DNA of 64,000 nucleotides from an uncultured Bacilli bacterium (GTDB lineage Bacteria; Bacillota_I; Bacilli_A; RF39; UBA660): NCBI GenBank assembly GCA_947629935.1, contig CANRFQ010000002.1, positions 33,638 to 97,637 of the forward strand, read 5' to 3'. Shown piece by piece: positions 63,600 to 64,000 of this stretch (position 1 is its first letter; each line of letters starts with the position of its first letter). The notes under the pieces were generated by a model. It saw only the letters and a program-made list of their open reading frames with translations, ran no database searches and was not told where the DNA came from. The position numbers and the translations under genes were made by a program.

Positions 63600-64000
63600 T
63601 CATGTAATTTCTTTTAGACCATCTTCCATATTTATTTTAGTAGGAATTATATATTTAGCATTAATTTTATTGGATATTAAATTAGTGATTACTTTCATTG
63701 CTCTAGAACCATCAAACCATAATGGATTATCACTTCTTTCCCGTATTTGATTTAAAGAAGTAGTAAGAGCGTCATGGTCATAGTTATCACTCATGTCTTT
63801 GGTTATCATATACTTTTGGTTATCTGCTTTATATAATTTATTTTCTAATAATTTATATCCCGCATTATTATACCAATATAAATGGTCTCCTCCTGCTAGT
63901 ATTAAAACTTCAGCATCGATATTTATATTTCCTATTAATTTATCAACGTAATTATATACTTCTGCAAAAGTGCAATTAGGAATATCATCTTTTAAACTAC
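63600..64000 (-). pseudogene. Partial, probably decayed hypothetical CDS running off the window end
   Basis: The frame of ORF 63600-63809 is open to 64000 (SLKDDIPNCTFAE...AGGDHLYW...); protein-like fragments with stops continue to ~63200. Confidence 0.45.

Overview
Very AT-rich chromosomal window from a Bacillota genome. Gene content and style suggest a reduced, probably spore-forming gut Bacilli lineage such as RF39; this assignment is an inference. The window spans the replication terminus: a Bacillus/Staphylococcus-type dif site lies at 17122-17149, xerD is about 4 kb away, and gene orientation switches from mostly + to mostly - there. The housekeeping backbone includes tgt, 6S RNA-tcdA, gpsA, rarA, xerD, mnmA, mscL, dnaG-sigA-trmK, uvrC, an FtsW/RodA-family gene, def, rnc-smc, four tRNAs and an aminopeptidase. 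It is interspersed with many orphan genes and ends in an AT-richer, partly decayed accessory region (about 53.7-64 kb). Two modular nucleic-acid-binding candidates stand out. (1) An mTERF-like protein with nine near-identical 29-aa (87-bp) repeats, each carrying a hypervariable residue triplet reminiscent of TALE RVDs; it is interrupted by a 5-nt deletion and coupled to a small mTERF-like partner (33939-35858). (2) A sigma-70-like protein with eight tandem HTH-like modules fused to its N-terminus (53982-56225). Also notable: several intact proteins that lack canonical catalytic or ligand residues (RnfC/RnfD, a His-free ZnuA-like lipoprotein, an alarmone-hydrolase fusion), a pilin-like/NlpC-P60 fusion, three small ORFs missed by the ORF track, and basic C-terminal tails on many orphans. 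All family calls come from motif recognition by eye; no searches were run.
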